A DNA stretch of 64,000 nt, taken from NCBI GenBank assembly GCA_947259765.1, contig CAMYNG010000019.1, positions 10,892 to 74,891 on the forward strand, written 5' to 3'. The DNA comes from an uncultured Ectothiorhodospiraceae bacterium. Its GTDB lineage: Bacteria > Pseudomonadota > Gammaproteobacteria > CAMYNG01. A program made the position numbers and the translations under genes. The notes beneath the pieces were generated by a model. It was not told the origin of the DNA. It saw only the letters and a list, made by a program, of their open reading frames with translations, and ran no database searches. Positions 9,773 through 19,740 of the stretch are shown in pieces (the first letter of the stretch is position 1; the number at the start of each line of letters is the position of its first letter).

Positions 9773-11434
9773 ATGCAGAATTTAAAAAACTGGTTCAAAA
9801 GTGGCTCGCCGTGGATTTGGTTAAATGCCGCGGCCGTAAGTACGAGTCTGATCATGGTCTTCGGTTTGTTGTCTCTGATCGCGGTACGCGGCATGGGATT
9901 TTTCTGGCCAGCGGATATTGTCGAAACTGACTACACGGACAAATATGCACAACAGGTTCGGCTGATAGGCGAAATCTGGGAATCCGAAAGTGTTAGTGCC
10001 AACCAGCTGCGTGAAAATGGTTATTCCATTCCTGAGGAACTTGATGAAGTTACGCGCTATCTAATCAAAACTGGTAATCGTGACCTGCTGGGTGCCGATT
10101 TTAAAGTGGCCGTCGCCCTGGGCTTAACCGAGTTTCGTTTCCCTGAAGAACTGATGAAAGTTGAGCGCCGCGAATGGGGCAACTTGTACGGTCGGTTGGT
10201 TTCGGTGAAGGAAAATGGCAGCGTAGTGGCCCAGGGGCCAGGAGCCTGGGACGAGCTGCGGGCACGTCTTGAGCGTGTACTCTTGATTCATGATGAAATT
10301 GGACGGATCGAGAAAAAGGATATCGGCAGTATCAACTACAGCCTGGAAAAACTCCGTCTTACCGAGCGTCGCTATGAATTGGATGATGCGTTAACGGCGC
10401 AGCGTGAGGCCGAGCTTGCCGACAAACGCAAACAATTACAGGCAGAATATGAAGAACTGCAAGCTCGGTTGGTGACCTTGTATCAGGACATCGCGCGCGA
10501 CAGCCTGAGTGCACAGATCCAGGATGACCGGGTGGTTGATGTGCCGCTATCGAAGGTGGTGGAAGTTACCCTGCCCAATGCCATGTCGGTAACGCAAAAG
10601 CTGGCAACCTACCTGCGCAACCTGTGGACGTTTGTCAGCGACGAGCCGCGCGAGGCCAACACCGAGGGTGGTATTTTCCCGGCCATTTTCGGCACCGTGA
10701 TGATGGTGCTTATCATGGCGATCATGGTCACTCCGCTGGGTGTAGTGGCCGCGGTTTACCTGCGTGAATACGCCAGGCAGGGACCGCTGATTCGCTTGAT
10801 ACGCATTGCGGTGAACAATCTCGCCGGTGTGCCGTCCATTGTCTATGGTGTTTTTGGTCTTGGGTTTTTCGTTTATTTCCTTGGCAGCAACATCGACCAG
10901 GCCTTGTATCCGGAGGCCTTGCCGGCACCGACTTTTGGCACCCCGGGGATCATGTGGGCATCGTTAACACTGGCTATACTGACGCTTCCGGTGGTCATTG
11001 TTGCCACAGAGGAGGGTCTGTCACGGATCCCCAGCTCCATACGTGAGGGCAGTCTGGCACTCGGCGCAACCAAGTTCGAAACACTTTGGCGGACCATAAT
11101 CCCAATGGCCAGCCCCGCCATTATGACCGGCCTGATCCTGGCCATCGCCCGCGCCGCGGGTGAGGTGGCACCGCTGATGCTTGTGGGTGTGGTCAAGCTT
11201 GCGCCCTCGCTGCCTCTGGATGGCAATGCGCCATTCTTACATCTTGACCGGAAGTTCATGCATCTTGGCTTTCATATTTATGACGTCGGCTTTCAAAGTC
11301 CGAATGTCGAAGCAGCTCGGCCGTTGGTTTACGCCACCTCGTTTTTGTTGGTGCTGGTCATTGTATCGCTGAATCTGACCGCCATAGGAATTCGTAATCA
11401 CCTGCGTGAGAAATATCGCGCGCTGGAGTCTTAA
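9773..11434 (+). CDS. pstA: phosphate ABC transporter permease PstA (long form)
   Basis: Permease core FPAIFGT..., [26 protein letters not shown], with a large inserted loop containing a coiled coil. Confidence 0.85.
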   Translation: MQNLKNWFKSGSPWIWLNAAAVSTSLIMVFGLLSLIAVRGMGFFWPADIVETDYTDKYAQQVRLIGEIWESESVSANQLRENGYSIPEELDEVTRYLIKTGNRDLLGADFKVAVALGLTEFRFPEELMKVERREWGNLYGRLVSVKENGSVVAQGPGAWDELRARLERVLLIHDEIGRIEKKDIGSINYSLEKLRLTERRYELDDALTAQREAELADKRKQLQAEYEELQARLVTLYQDIARDSLSAQIQDDRVVDVPLSKVVEVTLPNAMSVTQKLATYLRNLWTFVSDEPREANTEGGIFPAIFGTVMMVLIMAIMVTPLGVVAAVYLREYARQGPLIRLIRIAVNNLAGVPSIVYGVFGLGFFVYFLGSNIDQALYPEALPAPTFGTPGIMWASLTLAILTLPVVIVATEEGLSRIPSSIREGSLALGATKFETLWRTIIPMASPAIMTGLILAIARAAGEVAPLMLVGVVKLAPSLPLDGNAPFLHLDRKFMHLGFHIYDVGFQSPNVEAARPLVYATSFLLVLVIVSLNLTAIGIRNHLREKYRALES

Positions 11435-11436
11435 CC

Positions 11437-12354
11437 ATGTTACAACCGCAAGACGCCAAAGAGCTTGATGATAGTCAATCGGATCAGTCAATGAGTGAAG
11501 ATACCCGAGCAGAACAGCCGACGCCTGAAGAACCCCGGACCCATGGCGTTGATATCTCGACATTAGGGCGCGAGAACAAGCAGCGCAATATTGACGAGGA
11601 GACCATCGCCCTGGAGGTAAAAGATCTTAATCTTTTCTACGGTGAGTCACAGGCGCTGAAGAGCATCAACATGAAGATTGCGCGTAACAGTGTCACCGCG
11701 TTTATCGGCCCCAGTGGCTGCGGCAAATCGACCTTGCTACGCTGTTTTAACCGCATGAATGATTTGGTCGATTCGGCACGCATAGAAGGCAGCATTACTA
11801 TGGACGACGGCGACATTTATCAAAAATCCGTTAATGTCGCCGAGTTGCGTCGCCGCGTTGGCATGGTGTTTCAAAAGCCAAACCCGTTTCCCAAATCGAT
11901 TTTCGAAAACGTGGCCTATGGACTGCGCCTGTTGGGGATAAACGACCGGCGACGTCTTGAGGAAACCGTTGAGAAGGCACTAAAGGGTGCTGCGCTGTGG
12001 GAGGAGGTTCGCGATCGGCTCAACGAAAACGCGCTCGGGCTGTCCGGTGGTCAACAGCAGCGTCTTGTCATCGCGCGTGCCATTGCCATCGAACCCGAGG
12101 TGTTGTTGCTGGACGAACCGGCTTCGGCGCTGGACCCGATCTCGACGCTGAAAATTGAAGAATTGATTTACGAACTCAAGGATGAATATACAATTGTGAT
12201 CGTAACCCATAATATGCAACAGGCAGCACGCGTTTCAGATTTCACGGCGTTTATGTATATGGGCGAATTGATCGAGTTTGATGAAACCAATGCCCTGTTT
12301 ACGAATCCAAAGATGAAGCGGACAGAAGACTATATTACCGGGCGGTATGGATAA
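11437..12354 (+). CDS. pstB: phosphate ABC transporter ATP-binding protein PstB (about 45-aa acidic N-terminal extension if the first ATG is used)
   Basis: Walker [10 protein letters not shown], signature LSGGQQQRL, Walker [12 protein letters not shown], and the PstB C-terminal motif [10 protein letters not shown]. Confidence 0.9.
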   Translation: MLQPQDAKELDDSQSDQSMSEDTRAEQPTPEEPRTHGVDISTLGRENKQRNIDEETIALEVKDLNLFYGESQALKSINMKIARNSVTAFIGPSGCGKSTLLRCFNRMNDLVDSARIEGSITMDDGDIYQKSVNVAELRRRVGMVFQKPNPFPKSIFENVAYGLRLLGINDRRRLEETVEKALKGAALWEEVRDRLNENALGLSGGQQQRLVIARAIAIEPEVLLLDEPASALDPISTLKIEELIYELKDEYTIVIVTHNMQQAARVSDFTAFMYMGELIEFDETNALFTNPKMKRTEDYITGRYG

Positions 12355-12397
12355 CCGAATCTGTAAGGATTCTCGCTCGATCAAAAGGGGAAGGTGA

Positions 12398-13144
12398 ATG
12401 GACAAACTGAATCTTAATCAGCATATTTCTCGCCAGTTTAATGAAGAACTGGAGGACATTCGCAACCGCGTTTTGGCCATGGGCGGCCTCGTAGAACAGC
12501 AGCTTAATGATGCCTTGCAGGCCCTGATCGATTTTGACAGTACCCTGGCTGAAGTTGTTATGACCAATGACTATCGAGTCAACGCCATGGAAGTGGCCAT
12601 CGATGAAGAATGTACGCAGATTCTTGCTCGTCGTCAGCCGACCGCCAGCGATTTACGGCTGGTGATTGCGGTCATTAAGACCATAACCGATCTGGAACGC
12701 ATTGGTGATGAGGCGGAGCGTATCGGGCGCATGGCGATGCGTTTTTCACAGGCGCGGGATGCCGGCAAATATCTAAGTGGTATCAGTCATCTTGGTGAAC
12801 ACGTGAGCAAGATGTTGCACGAATCCCTGGATGCATTTGCGCGTATGGATACCGAGGCTGCCGTGAAAACCGCACGGTCCGATTCCAAGGCGGACAAGGA
12901 GTACGAGCGTATTCTGCGCGAGTTGATTACCTACATGATGGAGGACCCGCGTTCCATTCCGCATATTCTGGAAGTTATGTGGTCGGCGCGCGCACTGGAG
13001 CGAATTGGTGACCGCGCACGTAACATCTGCGAGTACGTAATTTATCTGGTGCAGGGTAAGGATGTACGTCATACCAGCATGGAGCAGGTCGAGAAAGAAG
13101 CGCGCGAATTCGCTGAGCGTCGCAAAAGAGAATCCAAGACATAG
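12398..13144 (+). CDS. phoU: phosphate signaling complex protein PhoU
   Basis: Two PhoU repeats, each with an ERIGD motif (DLERIGDEAERI and ALERIGDRARNI). Follows pstB. Confidence 0.9.
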   Translation: MDKLNLNQHISRQFNEELEDIRNRVLAMGGLVEQQLNDALQALIDFDSTLAEVVMTNDYRVNAMEVAIDEECTQILARRQPTASDLRLVIAVIKTITDLERIGDEAERIGRMAMRFSQARDAGKYLSGISHLGEHVSKMLHESLDAFARMDTEAAVKTARSDSKADKEYERILRELITYMMEDPRSIPHILEVMWSARALERIGDRARNICEYVIYLVQGKDVRHTSMEQVEKEAREFAERRKRESKT

Positions 13145-13221
13145 CGCCAGAAGTCCGAGAGCTTACTTTTGAGCCCGCTGCTGTAACGAAATTTAGTTAC
13201 CGGCGGCACGAATGCCGGTGA

Positions 13222-14268
13222 TCAGGATCGAGGAAAGGCCACCATATGGTCGGGTGCCAGTGTGACGTTGACGCGTTCGCCCACCGCGTGGTTATGGTGG
13301 CTCGGAAATAGCGACAGCACTACAGTGCCGGTGGACAAACGCAAGGTGTACATAATTTCTGCGCCCTTGAATGCCTTGTTGACCACTTCGCCCACAAGTT
13401 CACCGTCCGGATCCGGCAAGATGTCATCTGGCCGTACCAGTAAATCCACGGTACACCCCTTACCCCAGTCGTAAGCGCGATCGCCACGAACAATACCAAT
13501 ATCAGTTTCTACGGTATCCGGTGCCAGTAAGGTGCCGGCCAGGAACACGCCCTGGCCGATGAAATCGGCGACAAACAGATCCGCTGGATCATGATAGAGG
13601 TTATAAGCAGTGTCCCACTGTAAAATTCGGCCTTCGTTCATGACGCCAATCTGATCCGCAACGGCAAAGGCCTCATGTTGATCATGCGTCACCATGACGC
13701 CGGTGGTTTGTTGTTCCTTAAGGATCCGCCGTACCTCCTGAGAAAGGCTTTCACGCATTTCAACATCGAGATTTGAAAATGGCTCGTCCAGCAGCACGAG
13801 ATCGGGTTTCGGCGCCAGTGCACGGGCAAGTGCGACGCGTTGCTGCTGACCGCCGGAAAGTTCGTGAGGAAAACGACCTGCAAAACCGTCCAGGCCTACC
13901 AGTTCCAACAGTCGGTTAGCGCGTTTTCGCCGCTCGTCTGCTGACAGGTCACGCAGCCCAAAGGCGACATTGTCCAGAATATTCATGTGCGGAAACAGCG
14001 CGTAGTCCTGAAAAACCATACCCATATGCCGTTTCTCCGGAGGTAACACGAATCCGGGCCGCGATATGCAGCGTGCATGCAACTGAATCTCTCCGCGGGT
14101 GACAGGTTCAAAACCGGCAATAGCCCTCAGCACCGTGGTTTTGCCACAACCGCTCGGACCCAGCAGGCACACCAGATCACCTTTGTTGACGTGCATGGAG
14201 AGGTCGCTGACAGCCGGGTGACCGCGGTAGCTGCACTCGATGGCTGAGAGCGTGAGTAAGGGTTGCAT
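13222..14268 (-). CDS. ABC transporter ATP-binding protein (FbpC/PotA-type importer ATPase)
   Basis: Walker [35 protein letters not shown], and a C-terminal TOBE-like domain. The start is taken at MQPLLTLS (14268) rather than the ORF-track 14334. No permease or binding-protein gene is adjacent. Confidence 0.8.
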   Translation of the reverse strand: MQPLLTLSAIECSYRGHPAVSDLSMHVNKGDLVCLLGPSGCGKTTVLRAIAGFEPVTRGEIQLHARCISRPGFVLPPEKRHMGMVFQDYALFPHMNILDNVAFGLRDLSADERRKRANRLLELVGLDGFAGRFPHELSGGQQQRVALARALAPKPDLVLLDEPFSNLDVEMRESLSQEVRRILKEQQTTGVMVTHDQHEAFAVADQIGVMNEGRILQWDTAYNLYHDPADLFVADFIGQGVFLAGTLLAPDTVETDIGIVRGDRAYDWGKGCTVDLLVRPDDILPDPDGELVGEVVNKAFKGAEIMYTLRLSTGTVVLSLFPSHHNHAVGERVNVTLAPDHMVAFPRS

Positions 14269-14365
14269 AAATTCCGGAATGAAAATCTTTCGCAAATGAT
14301 ACCAAATCTCATTCGCAAATAGAAAGCACCGCATGGCGGTGCCTGGTCGAGATGTCGGTGGTGGC

Positions 14366-14947
14366 CTAGTTTAACTTATCACGCCACTGACGGGCCTTTT
14401 GTGGGTCTTTGGCGAGACCAAACCAGCCGTTTTCGTAGGCCGTGGCCAAGGCATCGATCGCCTCGGCATAACCGGCATCGGCCGCCTCATTCCACAGGCT
14501 GATGGCTTTTTCATAATCAACACCCGTTCCGCGGCCGTAGGCGTACATAAAACCCAGATTGTATTTGGCGGCGATCAGACCTTGCTTTGCCGCACGTTCC
14601 CACCACATAAACGCATCGCGGTCGGTGCGGGTAATACCGCGGCCGGTGGCAAACAACAGGCCGGCATTGAATTGGGCTTCGGCGTGCCCCTGGCGCGCGG
14701 CGTCGAGAAAATAGAACAGTGCCTGGCGATCGTTCTTCTCGACGCCCTTACCATTCATATATAGAAGTCCGAGGTTGTACTGGGCGTCGGCGTTACCTTG
14801 CTCCGCCAAAGGCTTCCACAGGCGCAACGCCTGTTGATAGTTCCCGACTTTGTAGGCCTGCGCGCCATCTTCCAGCGGGCCGGCAACAGTGGGCAAATTG
14901 ATCAGGATTAGCAGAAAAAACGTGAAAAGAGTGAGTCTACGCATCAC
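14366..14947 (-). CDS. secreted Sel1-repeat (TPR-like) protein
   Basis: Signal peptide, then about 4 repeats of the A..G...AQ.NLG..Y..G.GV..D...A..W type. Confidence 0.8.
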   Translation of the reverse strand: MMRRLTLFTFFLLILINLPTVAGPLEDGAQAYKVGNYQQALRLWKPLAEQGNADAQYNLGLLYMNGKGVEKNDRQALFYFLDAARQGHAEAQFNAGLLFATGRGITRTDRDAFMWWERAAKQGLIAAKYNLGFMYAYGRGTGVDYEKAISLWNEAADAGYAEAIDALATAYENGWFGLAKDPQKARQWRDKLN

Positions 14948-14954
14948 AAACGCG

Positions 14955-15857
14955 TCAGGTTAGCAGGAATTCCAACAGCGACTTTTGTGCATGCAGGCGA
15001 TTTTCGGCTTCGTCCCAAACTACACTTTGCGGGCCGTCTATGACATCGGCGTCCACCTCTTCGCCGCGATGAGCGGGCAAGCAATGCATAAACAGGGCGT
15101 CGGCATCAGCCAGTTTCATGAGCTTGCGGGTGACGCGAAAGCCTGTGAAATCGGCCTCGCGTTTAGACTGTTCACTTTCCTGTCCCATGCTGGCCCAGAC
15201 ATCGGTGGTCACCATATGTGCGCCTTCCACTGCCTCGCGTGGGTCGTGAAAAATCGCCACGCGCTCGCCCGCAGCCGCAACGATGTCCGCATCCGGTTCA
15301 TAAGCCGGTGGTGCAGCGATGTGCAGTTTGAATTCAAACTGGCGTGCGGCATTTATAAACGAGTGGCACATGTTGTTGCCATCACCAACATAACAGACAG
15401 TCTTGCCCGCAATTGAACCCCGGTGTTCCACAAACGTTTGCATGTCCGCTAACAACTGACAGGGATGATAGAGATCAGTTAATCCGTTGATAACCGGTAC
15501 GCGGGAATATTCGGAAAACAGCTGTACCTTATCGTGCTCATAGGTACGGATCATGATCGCATCCAGCATGCGGGAGAGCACGCGGGCGCTGTCCTCAATG
15601 ATTTCACCGCGACCCAGCTGGGTATCACGCGGCGACAGAAAAATGGCCTGGCCGCCGAACTGTATCATTGCGGTTTCAAATGACACGCGGGTACGGGTTG
15701 AGGATTTCTCAAACACCATACCCAGCACCTTGTTTTTTAACGGCGTGTAAATTTCACCGCGTTGTTGAATCGCCTTCAATTCGACGGCACGGCTGACAAG
15801 GGAGTTTAATTCCTTGGTGTCGAGATCCAACAGGGTAAGAAAATGACGAACACTCAT
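14955..15857 (-). CDS. argF: ornithine carbamoyltransferase
   Basis: [13 protein letters not shown], and [11 protein letters not shown] motifs. 300 aa. Confidence 0.9.
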   Translation of the reverse strand: MSVRHFLTLLDLDTKELNSLVSRAVELKAIQQRGEIYTPLKNKVLGMVFEKSSTRTRVSFETAMIQFGGQAIFLSPRDTQLGRGEIIEDSARVLSRMLDAIMIRTYEHDKVQLFSEYSRVPVINGLTDLYHPCQLLADMQTFVEHRGSIAGKTVCYVGDGNNMCHSFINAARQFEFKLHIAAPPAYEPDADIVAAAGERVAIFHDPREAVEGAHMVTTDVWASMGQESEQSKREADFTGFRVTRKLMKLADADALFMHCLPAHRGEEVDADVIDGPQSVVWDEAENRLHAQKSLLEFLLT

Positions 15858-15878
15858 GTTCCTGACTCCGGATCGTTC

Positions 15879-17050
15879 TCAGGCTGCGACTTTCAGAAAG
15901 TCACGCACCAGCGAACTGACTTGACCAACGATTTGGTCGGCCTGCTCATCGCTGATGATCAGCGGCGGCAGCAAGCGTATAACCCGTTCGGCGGTTACAT
16001 TAATAAGTAATCCCTGCTGTAGGGCTTGCGCGACCAGTTCACCACAAGGTCTGTCGAGTTCGATGGCGAGTAACAGTCCCAGTCCACGAATGTTGACCAC
16101 GCCGTCGACACCGGCAAGCCGATCCAGAAACGCGTTAAGCATCGTGCTGCCCAACGCCGCTGCGCGTGCGTCAAGTTTGCCGTCTTCGAGGGTCTGCGCA
16201 ACGGCCTGCGCTGCGCTGCAGGCTAGTGGGTTACCGCCGAAGGTTGAACCGTGGGTGCCTGGCTGTAGCACTTCGGCCGCCTTGCCGCGCGCCAGGCAGG
16301 CACCAATGGGAACGCCGTTACCGAGCGCCTTGGCCAGCGTCATGACGTCGGGCTGAATATTTTCGTGTTGAAACGCAAACCACTTGCCGCTACGACACAT
16401 ACCGGTCTGGATCTCATCAAGCATCAATAACCAGTCGTTTTGATCGCACAGTTCCCGCATGGCTCGTAAATAACCGGTGTCGGGAATATTGATGCCGCCT
16501 TCACCCTGAACCGGCTCAACCAGTACGGCGATCACATTGGGATCATTTGCGGCAATGGCACGCAGTGCATCCATGTCGTTATAAGGTGCGCGTACAAATC
16601 CTTTAACCAGCGGTTCGAAGCCGGCCTGGACCTTGCGGTTGCCTGTGGCACTCAGGGTAGCCAGCGTGCGGCCGTGGAAACTACCCTGCATAACAACAAT
16701 AGCCGGACTCGAAATGTCACGCTTATGTCCATACAATCGGGCGAGTCCTCATTGGCTTCCGCCCCCGAGTTGGCGAAGAACACCTTATCCATTGAAGCCA
16801 GGCGGCAGAGCGTATCGGCGAGTTCCTGCTGCCGGCCAATACCATAGAGGTTGGACGTATGCACGAGGCTTGAAGCTTGCTCGCAAATAGCCGCCGTAAC
16901 AGCCGGGTGGGCGTGCCCGAGGCCACACACAGCGATGCCACCGAGTGCGTCCAGGTACGCATTGCCGTCCAGGTCCCACAACTGCGCACCTTCACCGCGC
17001 GCAAAGCTGATGGGAAGTCGGGCATACGTGCTCATTAGATGCTCCGTCAT
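15879..17050 (-). pseudogene. argD: acetylornithine aminotransferase, interrupted by a frameshift near 16737-16750
   Basis: The N-terminal ORF (17050->16652) reads ...[11 protein letters not shown] and then runs into unrelated sequence. The C-terminal ORF (16736->15879) resumes in another frame with (G)[36 protein letters not shown]. Together they give a full-length ArgD. Confidence 0.8.
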
Positions 17051-17087
17051 TTTTAAAGTCCAGCTAACAATCTATTTCAGGCTCAGC

Positions 17088-17124
17088 CCATAAAAACAAA
17101 CGGCAGCCGTTTTGGGCTGCCGGG
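17088..17124 (-). terminator. hairpin plus U-run (minus strand) 40 nt upstream of argD
   Basis: The minus strand reads CGGCAGCC-caaaac-GGCTGCCG followed by TTTGTTTTTAT. Confidence 0.45.
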
Positions 17125-17213
17125 GAACCGCTAATTCTAGACCCCGAGTCGGTATTCGGCAAACCGAAATTTGTACTTTCCCATACCGGGCAGGGGAGCA
17201 GTCCGGAAGCCGG

Positions 17214-17246
17214 AAAAGAAAAAACCCGGCCGAAGCCGGGTTTTTA
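17214..17246. terminator. bidirectional rho-independent terminator after the 17269-17868 gene
   Basis: CCCGGC-cgaa-GCCGGG stem flanked by an A-run (AAAGAAAAAA) and a T-run (TTTTT). Confidence 0.7.
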
Positions 17247-17268
17247 CGGGGCTGGAATTTGGCCCGGT

Positions 17269-17868
17269 TTAGAACAGCAGACCGCCATTGTGGAAGGTGC
17301 TGGCGGTCATGGCCAGCAGCATGGGAATGGACAATGCGGTATTGGTGCGCGAGGCCAAAAACGCAATACCTTTGGCTTTGGCTTTTTCCTCATCGGTGGC
17401 TTGTACCAGACCCAGGACTTTCTTCTGGTTCGGCCAAATCAGCACCCACACGTTAAACAGCATGATGGTGCCCAGCCAGGCACCGACGCCGATGACCGCG
17501 GCGGCACCCTGCAGCATGAATGCGTCTGCCAGTATTCCAAGCTTGAACAGTGCGGCCGCACCAGACAGCCAGGTCAGCAGCGCTGTCCAACGGAACCAGA
17601 GTAAGGCGCGCGGTGCGACATATTTGCCGATTGCCGCCGGTCCGGGACCGTCCGAATCCGCCGCCGCGTCAGCCAAGGCAGGTACCTGCACGAAATTAAA
17701 GTAGTACAGCAAACCAATCCAGATAATGCCGACCACCACGTGAAACCAGATGGTCCACTCAATTGGGTTGCTCGGTATAAGGCCTTTAAGAACGACTGCC
17801 GCGATCAGTGCCAGTACAATACCCGTGACGATAGTGCCGGTTACGGTCTTGAGTGGGTTCATGTTCAT
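17269..17868 (-). CDS. polytopic integral membrane protein, function unknown
   Basis: 199 aa with about 5 hydrophobic helices. The codon usage looks native and the gene has its own terminator. I recognise no diagnostic motif. Confidence 0.5.
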   Translation of the reverse strand: MNMNPLKTVTGTIVTGIVLALIAAVVLKGLIPSNPIEWTIWFHVVVGIIWIGLLYYFNFVQVPALADAAADSDGPGPAAIGKYVAPRALLWFRWTALLTWLSGAAALFKLGILADAFMLQGAAAVIGVGAWLGTIMLFNVWVLIWPNQKKVLGLVQATDEEKAKAKGIAFLASRTNTALSIPMLLAMTASTFHNGGLLF

Positions 17869-18046
17869 CTCCCCAAATATGTTGTTGTGTCAGTGCGTTT
17901 TGCGAAAATTATTAGCAAAGTAGTTTACTATGGTATTAGACATTTGACACCTTGCAATCCATTTTTGAATCAGGTAGCCGCAGGCATGCCGGGTCCAGTC
18001 GCCATGTTACAATTTTGTTAATTCCCCCAAAGAAGTTACGACAACC

Positions 18047-19606
18047 TTGAATCCCATCGAGCTCAGTATTTTTTCCAGCCGCATAAACGCGGTGTGCGAC
18101 GAAATGGGTGCAGTACTGCAACGCGCAGCGTTTTCTCCCAATATTCGCGACCGGCTCGATTTTTCCTGTGCGGTTTTCGACGCCAACGGGCAGTTGTGCG
18201 CGCAGGCCGCCCATATACCCGTGCATCTTGGCAGCATGGCGTTTGCAATGAGTGACATTGTTGCCGGTCAGGCGTGGCAGGAAAATGACATGTATGTCGT
18301 GAATGATCCGTATCTGGGTGGCACCCATTTACCGGACATCACCATGATTGCACCTGTATTCGTTGCAGGTCGCTGTCTGGCGTTTGTCGCCAACCGCGCA
18401 CATCATGCCGATGTAGGCGCGCATTCACCGGGTTCCATGCCTATCTCTCGCACTCTTGATGAGGAAGGGGTTGTGATTCCGCCGACACGGTTGGTGCGGC
18501 AGGGCCGGCTTGTCGATGCCATATTGGATGACATCGTGGGTGCGACGCGAAATCCAAATGATGGGCGGGGTGACTTTGCTGCGCAAGTCAGCGCCAATCG
18601 AAGCGGTGTGCAACGATTGTCAGCATTAATAACCGGCCTGGGTACGGATGCGTTTCTCTCAGCATTACAGGAATTGAACGATTACGGTGAACGATTGGCA
18701 CATTCGGCATTGCGAACCATTCCCAACGGAAGCTATGAGTTTGAAGATGTTATGGATGACGACGGCATGGGAAACCGTGATTTGGTCATCAAGGTCAAGC
18801 TAACGGTGGACAGTGGTCGCGTGAGTGCCGATTTCACCGGCACTGCCGATCAGGTTGAGGGCAACATTAATTGCCCCTTGTCGGTGGCCGCCGCCGGGGT
18901 GTACTACGTGTTCCGGTGCTTAATGCCGGCGCAAACACCGGCTTGCGCTGGAAGTTTTCGCCCCATTTATATTTCAGCCCCGCCGGGTTGTTTGCTTAAC
19001 GCACGTCGGCCTGCGGCAGTAGCAGCCGGCAATGTTGAAACCAGTACCCGGGTAGTGGACGTTATAATTGGGGCACTGGCAAAAGCCATCCCTGTGGCGA
19101 TGCCGGCAGCCAGTCACGGCAGCATGAACAACCTGGCGATGGGTGGCGTTAACGGAATACAGCCTTGGGATTATTACGAAACAATGGGCGGCGGTATGGG
19201 GGCCGGACAGCAAGGCGGTGGCTTAAGTGCGTTACAAACGCACATGACGAATACCCTGAACACCCCTATCGAAGTGCTGGAGAACAGCTATCCGCTGCGT
19301 GTCACGCGTTATATTGTGCGTGATCGGTCCGGTGGCTCCGGTCAGTATCGCGGCGGAAACGGTTTGCAACGGGAGTTCGAGTTTCTTGCCCCCACAACAG
19401 TCACTTTGTTGACCGAGCGGCGGCGTCACGCACCCTGGGGTCTCAATGGAGGTCATGCAGGTGCGCCGGGTGAAAACCGTTTGAACGGTGAACTGCTCGA
19501 TCCGAAGATCAGCTTTACCGTGCAGCCCGGTGATCGCCTCACTATCGCCACACCCGGAGGCGGTGGCTGGGGGCCACCGCCTCCGGGAGGGACGAGTGAC
19601 GAGTAA
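18047..19606 (+). CDS. hydantoinase B/oxoprolinase family protein (HyuB-like)
   Basis: The N-terminus NPIELSIFSSRINAVCDEMGAVLQRAAFSPNIRDRLDFSCAVFD...HIPVHLGSM is typical of the HyuB family. TTG start. No hyuA-like gene is adjacent. Confidence 0.8.
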   Translation: MNPIELSIFSSRINAVCDEMGAVLQRAAFSPNIRDRLDFSCAVFDANGQLCAQAAHIPVHLGSMAFAMSDIVAGQAWQENDMYVVNDPYLGGTHLPDITMIAPVFVAGRCLAFVANRAHHADVGAHSPGSMPISRTLDEEGVVIPPTRLVRQGRLVDAILDDIVGATRNPNDGRGDFAAQVSANRSGVQRLSALITGLGTDAFLSALQELNDYGERLAHSALRTIPNGSYEFEDVMDDDGMGNRDLVIKVKLTVDSGRVSADFTGTADQVEGNINCPLSVAAAGVYYVFRCLMPAQTPACAGSFRPIYISAPPGCLLNARRPAAVAAGNVETSTRVVDVIIGALAKAIPVAMPAASHGSMNNLAMGGVNGIQPWDYYETMGGGMGAGQQGGGLSALQTHMTNTLNTPIEVLENSYPLRVTRYIVRDRSGGSGQYRGGNGLQREFEFLAPTTVTLLTERRRHAPWGLNGGHAGAPGENRLNGELLDPKISFTVQPGDRLTIATPGGGGWGPPPPGGTSDE

Positions 19607-19703
19607 CAAGTGGCACGGAAAGCAAGAAAATAACAAACTGAAAAGGGAGAGAACCAAAATGGTGAGTCCAGAACATTATTTAGATCTCAGCGCCAACGCC
19701 CTT

Positions 19704-19731
19704 ACTCGTCACTCGTCACTCGTCACTCGTC
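19704..19731. repeat. 4 perfect tandem copies of the heptamer ACTCGTC
   Basis: The array actcgtc x4 ends 10 nt before the ATG at 19741. Its inverted partner GACGAGT x2 lies at 19591-19604, inside the last hyuB codons. Confidence 0.9.
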
Positions 19732-19740
19732 CCTGATTTT

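Noticed and set aside
17936-18328. 130-aa minus-strand ORF overlapping the hyuB start. I considered it as a possible missing hyuA fragment.
   Set aside because: It has no HyuA-like sequence and is antisense to the conserved HyuB N-terminus.
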